Shown here: one piece after another, positions 20,910 to 30,718 of the stretch
How the letters are laid out: every line of letters starts with the position of its first letter
Numbering within the stretch: position 1 is the stretch's first letter
Assembly: GCA_031362565.1 (NCBI GenBank)
Contig: JANLSU010000132.1
Coordinates: forward strand, 14,333-78,332
Source of the DNA: a bacterium
GTDB taxonomy: Bacteria; Krumholzibacteriota; Krumholzibacteriia; G020349025
Direction of reading: 5' to 3'
Length of the DNA: 64,000 bases
Position numbers and translations under genes: made by a program
The notes under the pieces: model-generated
What the model was told of the DNA's origin: nothing
The model's database searches: none
What the model saw: only the letters and a program-made list of their open reading frames with translations

Positions 20910-22145
20910 CTACTTCGTCAGTATCAGCCGCTCGCGTGCCGAGTCGGTGTCGGTGCGAAGCAACGCCATGTAGACGCCGCTCGCCAACCCGCGGCCTTCG
21001 AAGATGACCTGATGCTCGCCGGCCGGTCGCACGCCATCCAACAGGCGCGCGATCTCGTGGCCGGCCACGTCGTAGATGCGCAGCGTGACCTGCGCCTCAT
21101 GGTCGAGGGCAAAGTGGATCATCGTCGTCGGGTTGAACGGATTCGGACTCGCACCCACGAAACGGACGCCGGATTTTGCCGGTGCGCCGTTGTTGGCGCC
21201 GAGCAGCGGCAGGATCAAAGACGGTGTCGTGAGCCGCGAACGGAATGCACGCAGCGCCCAGTTCATGCGCGCCATTTGTCCCGACGTGAACTCGTACATC
21301 GCCGAGTCGTCGACGTAGTCCATGTAGTTGTGAATCGGATCGGTTCCCGGGCTCGGGCACGTGTCACGGCTGATCGGCTTGCCATAGGCGGGGGTGGCCT
21401 CGGAGGGTGTGTCACCGACGTAGTCGCCCGGGCTGCTGCAGCCGCCCTCGAAGGTATGATACAGGCCGAAATAGTGGCCCAGCTCGTGGGTCGCCGTGTC
21501 GCCCTGGTTGTAGTGGCTGACGCTGCCGCCCGGCAATGTGCCGTAGTGAACAACGAGCCCTTGGAGGGTGTTCGACTCGGCAAATGCCCACGGGTAGTAC
21601 GCCCACCCGATCTGGCCGTTCGGAATCCCGCTCGTGTAGATGTTCAAGACGTGGGTGGGGTCGATCGCCAGCGTTCGCTTGCAGGCCGCCTCGGCCGACG
21701 AACCCATCGTCATGTTGTACCACGTGGCGTTTGTCGAGCGATCCACGCTGCGCTTGGCGAACTGAACCCCAACCGGTGCAAACGCTCTGTTGAGCACTTG
21801 GATCTGCGCGTCGAGCTTGCTCGTCGAAACGTCGCCCACCTTGGTACGGACACCGCTCTTGATGACTTCGGTCGAGATCACATGGAACGCCACCGGCACC
21901 GTGATCGTATTCTCGAGGTGCGGTGCCTGTCCTTTTTCGAATTCCGGCGCGCGCAACGCACTCGACGCGCCATCGTCCAACGCCCCGCATCGATCCACGG
22001 CGCCGGATTGCAGCAGTGCATCGAGCGTTGCTTCTTCGGACTGCGGCGCGGCGTTCGAAATCTCGCAACGGGCCGCTTTCGGCGCCCACGAACCGCAAAC
22101 AAGGACCAGGAGACAGGTAAGAATAGAATGACGAGTGGCTCGCAT
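20910..22145 (-). CDS. M43 (pappalysin/ulilysin-like) zinc metalloprotease with FlgD-Ig/T9SS-like C-terminal domain
   Basis: HELGHYFGLYHTF, Met-turn NYMDY, C-terminal SPNPFNP...SGVY. Confidence 0.92.
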   Translation of the reverse strand: MRATRHSILTCLLVLVCGSWAPKAARCEISNAAPQSEEATLDALLQSGAVDRCGALDDGASSALRAPEFEKGQAPHLENTITVPVAFHVISTEVIKSGVRTKVGDVSTSKLDAQIQVLNRAFAPVGVQFAKRSVDRSTNATWYNMTMGSSAEAACKRTLAIDPTHVLNIYTSGIPNGQIGWAYYPWAFAESNTLQGLVVHYGTLPGGSVSHYNQGDTATHELGHYFGLYHTFEGGCSSPGDYVGDTPSEATPAYGKPISRDTCPSPGTDPIHNYMDYVDDSAMYEFTSGQMARMNWALRAFRSRLTTPSLILPLLGANNGAPAKSGVRFVGASPNPFNPTTMIHFALDHEAQVTLRIYDVAGHEIARLLDGVRPAGEHQVIFEGRGLASGVYMALLRTDTDSARERLILTK

Positions 22146-22388
22146 GAGGGTGCGACTCCAAACAAAATATCGTAATCGGCGGGGATCCTGCGGTGGTCGG
22201 GGGCTTCCTGGCGACCAGAAGCGCGGGCGTGTATTTAGTGAGTCGCTCGAGAGACTCCTAAAGATTGTACCGGACGCAGACCCGCGCGCGCACTGAGTGA
22301 TTCCACACGCATTGGCGCCAAAGAGGGTGCAATGTGGCGCGTTGTGCCTCGAAATGGCGTCGGCCCAACGCGGCCCCAGGAAATCTTG

Positions 22389-23459
22389 TCAGGCGAGCGG
22401 CAACAGGGCGACGACGGCGCCCGTGCGTGCCGTGCCCCCGGCCACTTCCAGGGCGGTTCCCGGCGCCGCAAACTCGCGGTGCACGTAGGCAAGAGCCACC
22501 GCATGGCGGAAGTGCGGCGATTGCGTGGCACTTGTCACGACGCCCACCCGCCGGTCGCCCGCATACAGTTCGGCGCCGCGCGGCGGCACCGCGCCATCGC
22601 CAAGATGCAACCCGCGCAACGTCCGGTTCACGTGTCCCAGGTGGTGTAGACGCGAAATCGTCTCCTGCCCCAGATAACAGCCCTTCGTGTAGCTGATCCA
22701 ACCGGCCTCGAGCCCCGCTTCCTGCGGGAATTGCTCACCCGTGATCTCCGATCCGAACCACGGAATGCCGGCCTCGATCCGGCGCACATCGAGCGCTGCG
22801 AGCCCCACCGGCTGGGCACCGGCTGCGGCGAGCGCCCGCCACACGGCCGGCGCATCGGCGCCTTCGACCCAAAAATCGAAACCTCCACCGCCGCAGTGAT
22901 CGTTGCGGACGACTCGCACCGCAGCACCCCCGATCCGGGCCGCCTCGTGATCGAGCGCGGCGCCCGGCACCAACGCAGCCGCGACGCCGGCCGTTGACAA
23001 CACGCGCTCCGCCTGCGGTCCCTGCAGCGCCAAGAGCGCCCATCCATCGGTCCGATCCTCGATCGTCGCGTCTTCCATGATCAGATGCTTGCGCAAACCT
23101 TCCAGCACACGCACCGCGGCGCCGGGATCGACGTCGCACCAGAGCGCATCCTCGAGACACAACACATGCAACGCGCCCTCCATCTTGCCCTGCACGGAAA
23201 GCTTGGCGGCATTGCACCCCTGTCCGGGACGCAGTGCCAGCACATCGTTCGTGACCATGTTGTGGAGAAAAGCGGCGCGATCGGGTCCCGTGAGACACAG
23301 TTTGCCGCGCAGCGACAAGTCGAGGAGGCCGGCGCCGGCGCGCAATGCCGCGTACTCGGCGTCGGGCGCGCCAAAGTCGGCGGGCACGGCCCAACCGTCC
23401 GCATCCATCCAATGCACGGGTGCCGCGGCGTGAACGACATCGAGCGGAGTGCGGCGCAT
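22389..23459 (-). CDS. YgfZ/GcvT-like folate-binding protein
   Basis: KGCYLGQE motif and GcvT-like N- and C-termini. Confidence 0.88.
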   Translation of the reverse strand: MRRTPLDVVHAAAPVHWMDADGWAVPADFGAPDAEYAALRAGAGLLDLSLRGKLCLTGPDRAAFLHNMVTNDVLALRPGQGCNAAKLSVQGKMEGALHVLCLEDALWCDVDPGAAVRVLEGLRKHLIMEDATIEDRTDGWALLALQGPQAERVLSTAGVAAALVPGAALDHEAARIGGAAVRVVRNDHCGGGGFDFWVEGADAPAVWRALAAAGAQPVGLAALDVRRIEAGIPWFGSEITGEQFPQEAGLEAGWISYTKGCYLGQETISRLHHLGHVNRTLRGLHLGDGAVPPRGAELYAGDRRVGVVTSATQSPHFRHAVALAYVHREFAAPGTALEVAGGTARTGAVVALLPLA

Positions 23460-23555
23460 GGTTCTCCTCGCGGCGTCCCTTGGCGTGCTTCGGCGCGACG
23501 CTCTGCCGCGCGCCGCCTCGGCCCATTCTAGCGGCCAAGGCGCGGGAAAGCGAAG

Positions 23556-23592
23556 CGGGTGGCTCGCGGCCCTAGAGCCTGCAAGCCACCCG
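23556..23592 (-). terminator. GC-rich hairpin downstream of the LamG gene
   Basis: CGGGTGGCT...AGCCACCCG imperfect palindrome centred on CTAG, with only a weak pyrimidine tail. Confidence 0.3.
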
Positions 23593-23672
23593 AGAAGATC
23601 ACTTCTTGTGTAGAGGAGCCAGGCGTCGGCCGCTTCAGAACCAAGCGGCGAGATCGCCCGGCCCGTTGCCTG

Positions 23673-26600
23673 TCACTTGATGAGCACGGCCTTCGCACGC
23701 GTGTCCTGGCCGTCGGCCCGCAACCGCACGAAGTAGATGCCGCTCGCCAAGCGTGCTTGGCTGTTCTGGCGCACCAACCGCACCTCGTGCATGCCGGCCG
23801 GCATTGCGCCATTCAGCAACGTGTCCATGAGGCGGCCGCGCACGTCGTACAGCTCGAGGCGCACCGGGCCCGTTGCGTCCAGCCTGAAGCGCACAATGGC
23901 TTGCGGGTTGAACGGGTTCGGCTCGATGCGGAGCCGCGGTCCGTGCGCCGGCGGCGGCGGATCGTTCTCCGTGTCGGTGACCAGAGGCACCGTCACGTCG
24001 AGCGGCGCCGATGCTGCACCTTCCTGGTTGCTCGAGTTCATCGCCTTCACGGTGTAGCGATAGGTGACCGTGGGCGTGGCGTTGGCGTCCGGGAAGACCG
24101 GCAAGTCCGCTGGAATCGTGCCGAGCAGAGTATTGGCACCGCTCGGCAGTTGCTGCCGGTACAAGTGGTAGTTGAGCACGAGACCACTCGGCGGCAGCCC
24201 CCACGTCACGCGCACGACCGGCCGGCGTGGCCCGCCGCGATACAGCTGCGGCGGCGTAAAGGGACCGGTGTACTTGAGGGTGTTCGAGATCCGCACCAGA
24301 TCCATGTCGCCGGTGAAGAAGTTCGTGAGCGACCCGGGTATACGGGCTCCGAAGAACACGGACTCGTTGCCGGTGTACAACGGACCCGAATTCGTCGAGG
24401 TACCCGCCGCCGCACCGTCGATGTAGATCGTGCTGACGGACCCGGTAGGGTTGTACGTGCATGCGATGTGATGCCACGTCGTGTTGTCGGTGATGAGCGT
24501 CGTGGACGTCGTCTTCTTGAGCGTGCTGCTGCCGTTCTTGGTCCACGAGAACTCGACGGCTCCGCTACTCAGAATGGCGATGCTGTAGTTGCGTTTCGAA
24601 GAACTGGCATCCTTCGATAGGATCGTTTGCGTGCCGGTCAGCGTACCGCGCTTGATCCAGGCCTCGAGGGTAAATGGAGTTGTAGCGAACCGCAGTTCCG
24701 GGGCATCCGCCACTTCGCAGTAGTCATTGCCGTCGAAACGCAGCGCCGGGCCTTCGAAGGCGGTGATCCAGTGCGGCTCGGCCGCATCCGCGAGTCCCAG
24801 CGCGCCGAGGCGCGCATCGTGCCCAAGCTCGGTCCCATCCTCGAGGAAAGAACCGAGACCGTCATCCATTTCCCAGAAGCCGGGGCCGTCGAGCGATGCG
24901 GTCGCCGACGTCCAATCGAGACCCTGCGGTGCCGTTGGAATCGCGGGCGGTGAGCCTTCCCAGCGGATCTGTGTGGTAGCTGCGCTTCCTTGTTGCGTCA
25001 GTGCGTCTTGGGCGCGAATCGAGTAGCCCAAGATTCCATCCACCGGCGCGAAGTCCGGGAACCATGGATTGTTGAACACGGGCGGCGAGAGGTTCGTCGG
25101 CGTTCCGCCGTTGATGCCGCGCGAGACTCGATATCCGACGACACCCGCCAGGCTGGACGTCGGCGTCCAGCTCAATCGGATGTATTTCTGCGCCGCCGCC
25201 GGATACAAGAGTGGCGGCACGAAGTCGCCCGAGTAGACGGCGGTGTTCGAGATCGCCGCGAGGTCCATCGTTCCCGCGAACTGCCGTTTGACCCGGTCGC
25301 CTTGCACAAGGGCACCGCACACGAGCGGGTAGTCGGCATCCCAGGCCGGCGCCAGCATCAGCTTGTTGGCGACCTTGTGGCCGTCGATATAGAGACGCCC
25401 TTCGCCGGCAACGGCGTCCCACACTGCGGCGATGTGATGCCAAAAACTGTCGCGCAGTTGGCCAGTCGCCTTGATGGACACATCGATGGTATCGGTCACG
25501 GACCATTGGCATTGGAGCGTGTTGCCGTTGATCTGCAGCGAGTACTCTTCGTGCACGGTGTCGGCGCGGCAGAAGATCGTGCCCGTACCAGCGCTATTCG
25601 ACAAATCGGGCTTGATCCACGATTCGAGCGTAAAGCTGCTGCCCAGGAGCTTGAATGGAGCGCCGGAAGCACTCAGGTAGTCGGTGCCGTCGAAGAACAG
25701 CGCACCGTTCATGAGCCCGGGCACCCAGTGGGGATTCTTTCCGAGTGCCGAGGACCCGAGCGTCAAGGTGTGGTTGTTGCCGCTAGCGTCGGTGGCCAAT
25801 GTGCCGGTCGCGTCATCGAAACGGCACAGAAGAAGCCGCGAAGCCGGCGACTCGGTCACCACCGCAGAGGCCGGATTCGTCGGCGCCACCGGTGGCGGCG
25901 CCAGCTGGCCGCCCGGATCCAATCCGCCAATGGTCGAGATCGGCCCCCAACCGCGCCAGTACGCCTTGAGGCTGGTCGTGCCGCCCTCGCACAGGATGGC
26001 AAGTGAGCCGGTCGGCAATGGCCGTTTCGATCCCGATGCGTTGTTCATCTCGATGTTCGACGCCGAGATGACCGGCGTGGGCAAACTAAAGATCATGTCA
26101 TCGAGATTTGCCACGCGCTCGTCGATCGCGTGGTTGCCGATACTGACGCAGGTTTCCCAGTGTGTGTAGAACAAATAGAGTTTGTTCAAGGTCTCGTCGA
26201 TCTGCAGGACCGGGCGGGTGCCGCAGTCGAGCCCGCTGGCGCCCGTGTTGAGCGTCCAGGTGCCGTTCGTGTTGCGCCGCGCGACCCAGACGGAGTCGAA
26301 GAAGTCCTTCACCGCGAGGAAGACGCGCCCTTGGCCGTCGGCCTTCATGTTCAGGTGATCGTCGACGGTCGCAAAGCCCTGCCGGATGATCTCCAGCGGC
26401 TGCCACGTGCCGAGCGGGTCGGCGTCGTTCCGATAGCGGAAGCAGGCCCGTTCGCCGAGCTGGTCGCTCCAGGCGACGCCCATCTTGTTGCCAAACGCTA
26501 CGATCGTCGTGATGTCGTCGGGATCCATCCCCGTGCCAAGCGCCAACGGCACTGAATACGTCTTGTAGTCCGCCGTCGTGTTGTACGATACGTAGGCCTT

Positions 26601-27092
26601 TTGCTCGGCCGCGTATGAGATCCACAAGCGTCCTACCGAATCCTTGTCGATGACGATCGTTTCCGACCCCGGGCGCATGGTGATGTTCACGGGGAAACCC
26701 GCCACCAGGGCGTAGTTGTCGGTGACCGGGTTGTACGTCAGCCGGTACAGCTTCGATGTCGCTGCGCCCCAAACGGCTACGAAGAGATTGGTGCCGTCCG
26801 CTTGCACATCACAGGTACCGCCCAACAGAACAGGAATCGCGGCGTTCTGCACGTCGAGCTTCTTGGTCCAGGTGGCGGTGTCCAGCTTGTAGATGCTGAG
26901 CTTCGTCGCATTATTGACACAGCACCACCAATCGTTGTTCTGGGTCCAAAGCTTGGACTGCGGCTTATCGCTCGTCCCTTTGGTATCCGTGAAAATCGCC
27001 CCTTGCGCCCCGGCCACACCGGGAGCGACGACCAGAGCGATGGCGATGAGTGCAGCGGGCAGTATAGCCAGCTTGTTGCGAGCCCATTCCAT
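23673..27092 (-). CDS. Large secreted protein: propeller-like N-terminus, two LamG domains, FnIII-like segments and FlgD-Ig/T9SS-like C-terminal domain
   Basis: Signal peptide. Two FTLExWIK...WHHIA...YIDG units. YRYTVKAMN. EPNPFNP...SGIYFVRL. Confidence 0.85.
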   Translation of the reverse strand: MEWARNKLAILPAALIAIALVVAPGVAGAQGAIFTDTKGTSDKPQSKLWTQNNDWWCCVNNATKLSIYKLDTATWTKKLDVQNAAIPVLLGGTCDVQADGTNLFVAVWGAATSKLYRLTYNPVTDNYALVAGFPVNITMRPGSETIVIDKDSVGRLWISYAAEQKAYVSYNTTADYKTYSVPLALGTGMDPDDITTIVAFGNKMGVAWSDQLGERACFRYRNDADPLGTWQPLEIIRQGFATVDDHLNMKADGQGRVFLAVKDFFDSVWVARRNTNGTWTLNTGASGLDCGTRPVLQIDETLNKLYLFYTHWETCVSIGNHAIDERVANLDDMIFSLPTPVISASNIEMNNASGSKRPLPTGSLAILCEGGTTSLKAYWRGWGPISTIGGLDPGGQLAPPPVAPTNPASAVVTESPASRLLLCRFDDATGTLATDASGNNHTLTLGSSALGKNPHWVPGLMNGALFFDGTDYLSASGAPFKLLGSSFTLESWIKPDLSNSAGTGTIFCRADTVHEEYSLQINGNTLQCQWSVTDTIDVSIKATGQLRDSFWHHIAAVWDAVAGEGRLYIDGHKVANKLMLAPAWDADYPLVCGALVQGDRVKRQFAGTMDLAAISNTAVYSGDFVPPLLYPAAAQKYIRLSWTPTSSLAGVVGYRVSRGINGGTPTNLSPPVFNNPWFPDFAPVDGILGYSIRAQDALTQQGSAATTQIRWEGSPPAIPTAPQGLDWTSATASLDGPGFWEMDDGLGSFLEDGTELGHDARLGALGLADAAEPHWITAFEGPALRFDGNDYCEVADAPELRFATTPFTLEAWIKRGTLTGTQTILSKDASSSKRNYSIAILSSGAVEFSWTKNGSSTLKKTTSTTLITDNTTWHHIACTYNPTGSVSTIYIDGAAAGTSTNSGPLYTGNESVFFGARIPGSLTNFFTGDMDLVRISNTLKYTGPFTPPQLYRGGPRRPVVRVTWGLPPSGLVLNYHLYRQQLPSGANTLLGTIPADLPVFPDANATPTVTYRYTVKAMNSSNQEGAASAPLDVTVPLVTDTENDPPPPAHGPRLRIEPNPFNPQAIVRFRLDATGPVRLELYDVRGRLMDTLLNGAMPAGMHEVRLVRQNSQARLASGIYFVRLRADGQDTRAKAVLIK

Positions 27093-27442
27093 GGCAGATC
27101 GACTCCGATTCAATCGTTCCCATTGTTGTGATGACAAGCGTGCAACACGACATCCCTGTGTGCGCGCGATGTCTGGATTGTACACCAATTCCCGAAGCGG
27201 TTCCAGTCGTAGAAACGAAAATCGCTACATTGTCGGGCTGTAAACACCGCGCAGCGCACCGATTCGTCGCCAACGATTGCACTGCTGGTTTTTTTCACGC
27301 AAGACGTTCGAGAAATCCACCGCCGCTCATGGAATCAACAGGGAATCATCGGACATTGTTCGCACGCCGTCGCAGCAATGACTCTATACACCGTGCATCC
27401 GTTGCATACATTTGAAGTGTGGTTGAAGCCGCCTGAACGAAT

Positions 27443-28129
27443 TCAGCCTGGCAGGCGGTAACCGACCTTTTGCACGGTCTCGATCCACTCGGGGCCGATT
27501 TTCTGGCGCAGCTTGGCGACGTGGTTGTCGACGGTGCGGGTATTCGGCGGGTTGTCGGCCGGGTAGCCCCAAACATCGTGGAGCAACTGCTCGCGGGTGA
27601 CGACTTCGCCACGATGCCGCAAGAACAGCCGCAACATTTCATATTCCTTCAGCGCCAGCGGCACCGTCGCACCCTCGCGGCGGACTTCGCGCTGCGCAAA
27701 ATCCACTTCGACTTCGCCCAAATGCAGCACCGTCTCCTCGGCTGCCGCATCCGGCGCGGCGCGCTTCAACACCGCTTGGACCCTTGCCAGGAGTTCGTGG
27801 ACACTAAAGGGCTTTGTGACGTAGTCGTCGGCACCAAGACGAAAGCCGTGCAGCTTGTCCGATTCGAGACTCTTCGATGTCAGCAGGATGACCGGCAGGC
27901 GTGGGTGGGTGCGCCGCAGCTCGACGAGCACCGCGAACCCATCGACTTGCGGCAGCATGACGTCGAGCAGCACGAGATCCAGCCGCAGCTTTTCGATCTT
28001 CTGCAGCGCATCGCGGCCGTCCACCGCGCCGACCGTCTCGTAACCCTCGAACTCGAGATTGTGGCGCAGCCCGAGGAGCATCGCCTCCTCGTCCTCGACC
28101 ACCAGAATCAAGCGCTTTGCCTCTGCCAC
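27443..28129 (-). CDS. OmpR-family response regulator
   Basis: [22 protein letters not shown], winged-helix [13 protein letters not shown]. Confidence 0.95.
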   Translation of the reverse strand: MAEAKRLILVVEDEEAMLLGLRHNLEFEGYETVGAVDGRDALQKIEKLRLDLVLLDVMLPQVDGFAVLVELRRTHPRLPVILLTSKSLESDKLHGFRLGADDYVTKPFSVHELLARVQAVLKRAAPDAAAEETVLHLGEVEVDFAQREVRREGATVPLALKEYEMLRLFLRHRGEVVTREQLLHDVWGYPADNPPNTRTVDNHVAKLRQKIGPEWIETVQKVGYRLPG

Positions 28130-29877
28130 GGTTCACCCGCTTCCGGAGCCGCGACCGCGTCCGGCGGCGCCACCGCTTCCCGCACCGGCAGCCACAGCGT
28201 GAATGTGCTGCCCTCACCGGGGCGGCTCTCGACCTCGACGCGCCCGCCATGCGCCTCGGCGACGTGCTTCACGACCGCGAGCCCAAGGCCCGAACCCTTC
28301 ACGTCGTGCAGCAAGCCCTTTTCGATACGGTAGAAGGCTTCGAAGATCTTGCCGCGTTCGGCGGCCGGAATGCCGATGCCGTGATCGCGGACCCGAATCG
28401 CGAGTTCCGGACCCGCCGGCGCCGCGGCCACGGCGCCGCCCGCATCGACTGCATCGCCCGCACCGCTCGGCCACTGCACCGACACTTCGATGCGCCGGTC
28501 CTGGCCCGAATACTTGACGGCATTGTCGAGCAGATTGAGAACCGCTTGGCCCAGCGCATCGCGGTCCAAGGACATCGTTGGCAATGGGTCGGCGGCCTCC
28601 AGCGACAGCTCGAATCCCTTGTCGCGCAACTGGTACGCATACGAATCCACTACACCGCGCACCACCGCGCCCACCGGCGCCGGTGCGAAGGTGTAGCGCC
28701 GCCGCCCCTGCTCGATGCGCGAGAAATCGAGAATATTATGGATCAAAGCCCCCAGCCGCACCGTCTCGCGGTGAATGATGTCCAGGAAGCGATCCGACTC
28801 CCCGCGGTCGCGCACCCGTCCTTGCCGCAGAGTCTCGGTATACAGTTGAATGGCCGCCAGCGGCGTCTTGAGTTCGTGCGTGATATTGGACACGAAGTGC
28901 GACTTGAGGCGCGAGAGTTCCATCTGTCGCAGGCTGAACCGAATCATGAACAGCGTCCCGAGAACGGCCAGGAGTGCCGCGATCCCGAGCACCACAACCT
29001 GCAGCGTCAGCACCCGCTTCGACCACGCGAAGCCGCTCGCCTTCGTGTAGGTGATCCGCACGTGCCAGCCGGGGAAAAGGTCGGTGATCGGCGCCTGGGC
29101 TAGAAACCGCCGCCCGCCGCCGGCTTCGTCGGTGTCGTTCTCGTGGCGGTGCGTATACACCTCGTGTCCCGCCTCGTCGTTGACGACGAACGTCAGCACA
29201 CGCCCAAAGTCGGGCGAGAAACGGTCCTCCGCCGCATGAATCGTCGTGTTCAGGATGTGGCCGACGACATCGCGCCGCACTGTGTCCTCGTTGAGGAAGA
29301 AGCCCATGACACCGCGCGGCAGGTTGTTCGAGTCGCGGGCTGGGAAAGCCACGACCTGATAGGGCGCCCCGTCATCGCTGCCAACGTAAAAATGAATGTC
29401 GCCGGACAACAGAACGTGCTGCACCGCGCCGTTGTCGAGGACGTGATGCACGATGCGGTCGGCGCGCGCGCTGCGTTCGGCGAGCGTGGCCGCCATGCAG
29501 CTATCGCTCGGTACGTGCGCCCGCCGCCCGAAGACCACACTGCCGTCGCCACAAGCCAGGAACGCGTTGTCGATGAGCGGGTATTCGAGCTCGGCGCGCC
29601 GCAGTTCCATTTCCGGCACGAAGGAGTCGGTAAACGACACGAGTTGCAGGTACGACGCGATGGAGCGTTCGTCGTCGGTGACCTGCCGGACGATCTCGTC
29701 GGCGGCGTACTGCACGGAAAACCGGCTGTAGTCCTGCAGGATTTCGTTCTGGAAGTGGAAGAGGCGTTTGACGAGGTCGAAGCCGACCAACGTCAACACC
29801 AAGGTCGGCAGGAGAATACCGGCGATGGCCAGCGTCACGACGCTACGGCGCGAAATCCGAAGGTGGGGACGGCGCAT
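28108..29877 (-). CDS. Sensor histidine kinase
   Basis: Two TM segments, [28 protein letters not shown]. Confidence 0.95.
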   Translation of the reverse strand: MRRPHLRISRRSVVTLAIAGILLPTLVLTLVGFDLVKRLFHFQNEILQDYSRFSVQYAADEIVRQVTDDERSIASYLQLVSFTDSFVPEMELRRAELEYPLIDNAFLACGDGSVVFGRRAHVPSDSCMAATLAERSARADRIVHHVLDNGAVQHVLLSGDIHFYVGSDDGAPYQVVAFPARDSNNLPRGVMGFFLNEDTVRRDVVGHILNTTIHAAEDRFSPDFGRVLTFVVNDEAGHEVYTHRHENDTDEAGGGRRFLAQAPITDLFPGWHVRITYTKASGFAWSKRVLTLQVVVLGIAALLAVLGTLFMIRFSLRQMELSRLKSHFVSNITHELKTPLAAIQLYTETLRQGRVRDRGESDRFLDIIHRETVRLGALIHNILDFSRIEQGRRRYTFAPAPVGAVVRGVVDSYAYQLRDKGFELSLEAADPLPTMSLDRDALGQAVLNLLDNAVKYSGQDRRIEVSVQWPSGAGDAVDAGGAVAAAPAGPELAIRVRDHGIGIPAAERGKIFEAFYRIEKGLLHDVKGSGLGLAVVKHVAEAHGGRVEVESRPGEGSTFTLWLPVREAVAPPDAVAAPEAGEPWQRQSA

Positions 29878-29949
29878 GCGCAGGCACTCCTCGGCCCCAG
29901 CGGGGCTCGCGACAAGTGTAGCGCGTGGCGCGCCGGGGGGCGATGCGCT

Positions 29950-30534
29950 CTAGAATCGCGCCGGAACCAACTGGGTGGCGCGCAACGCGGCGAAGATCTG
30001 TTTGACGATCTCCGGGCTCGTGGAGGTGTACACGAGTTCCACACCGGTCGGAATACGGTGCGCCGAGATGTGCAGGTCGCGCAGCATTTCACTGCGCGCC
30101 CGGCACGCGGCACACAAATGAGTATTCTCACCCGTGCGGAGCGTTTGCACGAGTTCGCCGCGGGCCACGGCCGCTTTCCAGAGGAGTTCGCGGGCATCCG
30201 GATCGTTGGCGGTAGCGCGCACCGCGATCCCATCCGGCAGGAGCTGGGATTCGAGATGAATACCGGCGAGCGGGATCCGGCCCGTCGTCCCATCCGCGAG
30301 TTTGCAGGCAGCGCAATCGCGCGGCGTCACGTCGGGGTCGAGCTGCGCCGGAACTTCGCGCTGCGGCGCGGTGAGACGCGGCGATGGAACCGGTGGATCG
30401 AGACGCGATGCGGCCGGTTTGGCTTCGGCGGCTATTGCCGCGACCAACGCGACGAACGCCAGGCCAACCGTCAACCAACGCAGCGTCGAAGTCCGACTTC
30501 CGAAAATTTCGGGGCGAGACGGAACGTTCCGCAT
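29950..30534 (-). CDS. Exported hypothetical protein with two CAAC motifs
   Basis: Hydrophobic signal/TM segment. Internally duplicated CAAC...G(I/V)xxxxT..DP/SP units. Co-oriented just upstream of the kinase. Confidence 0.65.
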   Translation of the reverse strand: MRNVPSRPEIFGSRTSTLRWLTVGLAFVALVAAIAAEAKPAASRLDPPVPSPRLTAPQREVPAQLDPDVTPRDCAACKLADGTTGRIPLAGIHLESQLLPDGIAVRATANDPDARELLWKAAVARGELVQTLRTGENTHLCAACRARSEMLRDLHISAHRIPTGVELVYTSTSPEIVKQIFAALRATQLVPARF

Positions 30535-30718
30535 AGGATCCCCCTTCACTTCAGAGACCAGGCTTCTCCGGAGAACGCCGTTTGGGCCGTTCGGGTTGCA
30601 GCGCGCCACCAGCCGCGTCGTGCCGCCAAGATAAGCAAAGAGTACGACTTGCGCACCTTGTGAAAGGTCACGGGCTTGTAATTTTTCTGTCGCGACAGCG
30701 GGCGGGCCTGGAAAGGGC

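Noticed and set aside
23556..23592. CTAG-centred palindrome as a MITE or IS footprint
   Set aside because: Single copy in the window. Kept only as a weak terminator candidate.
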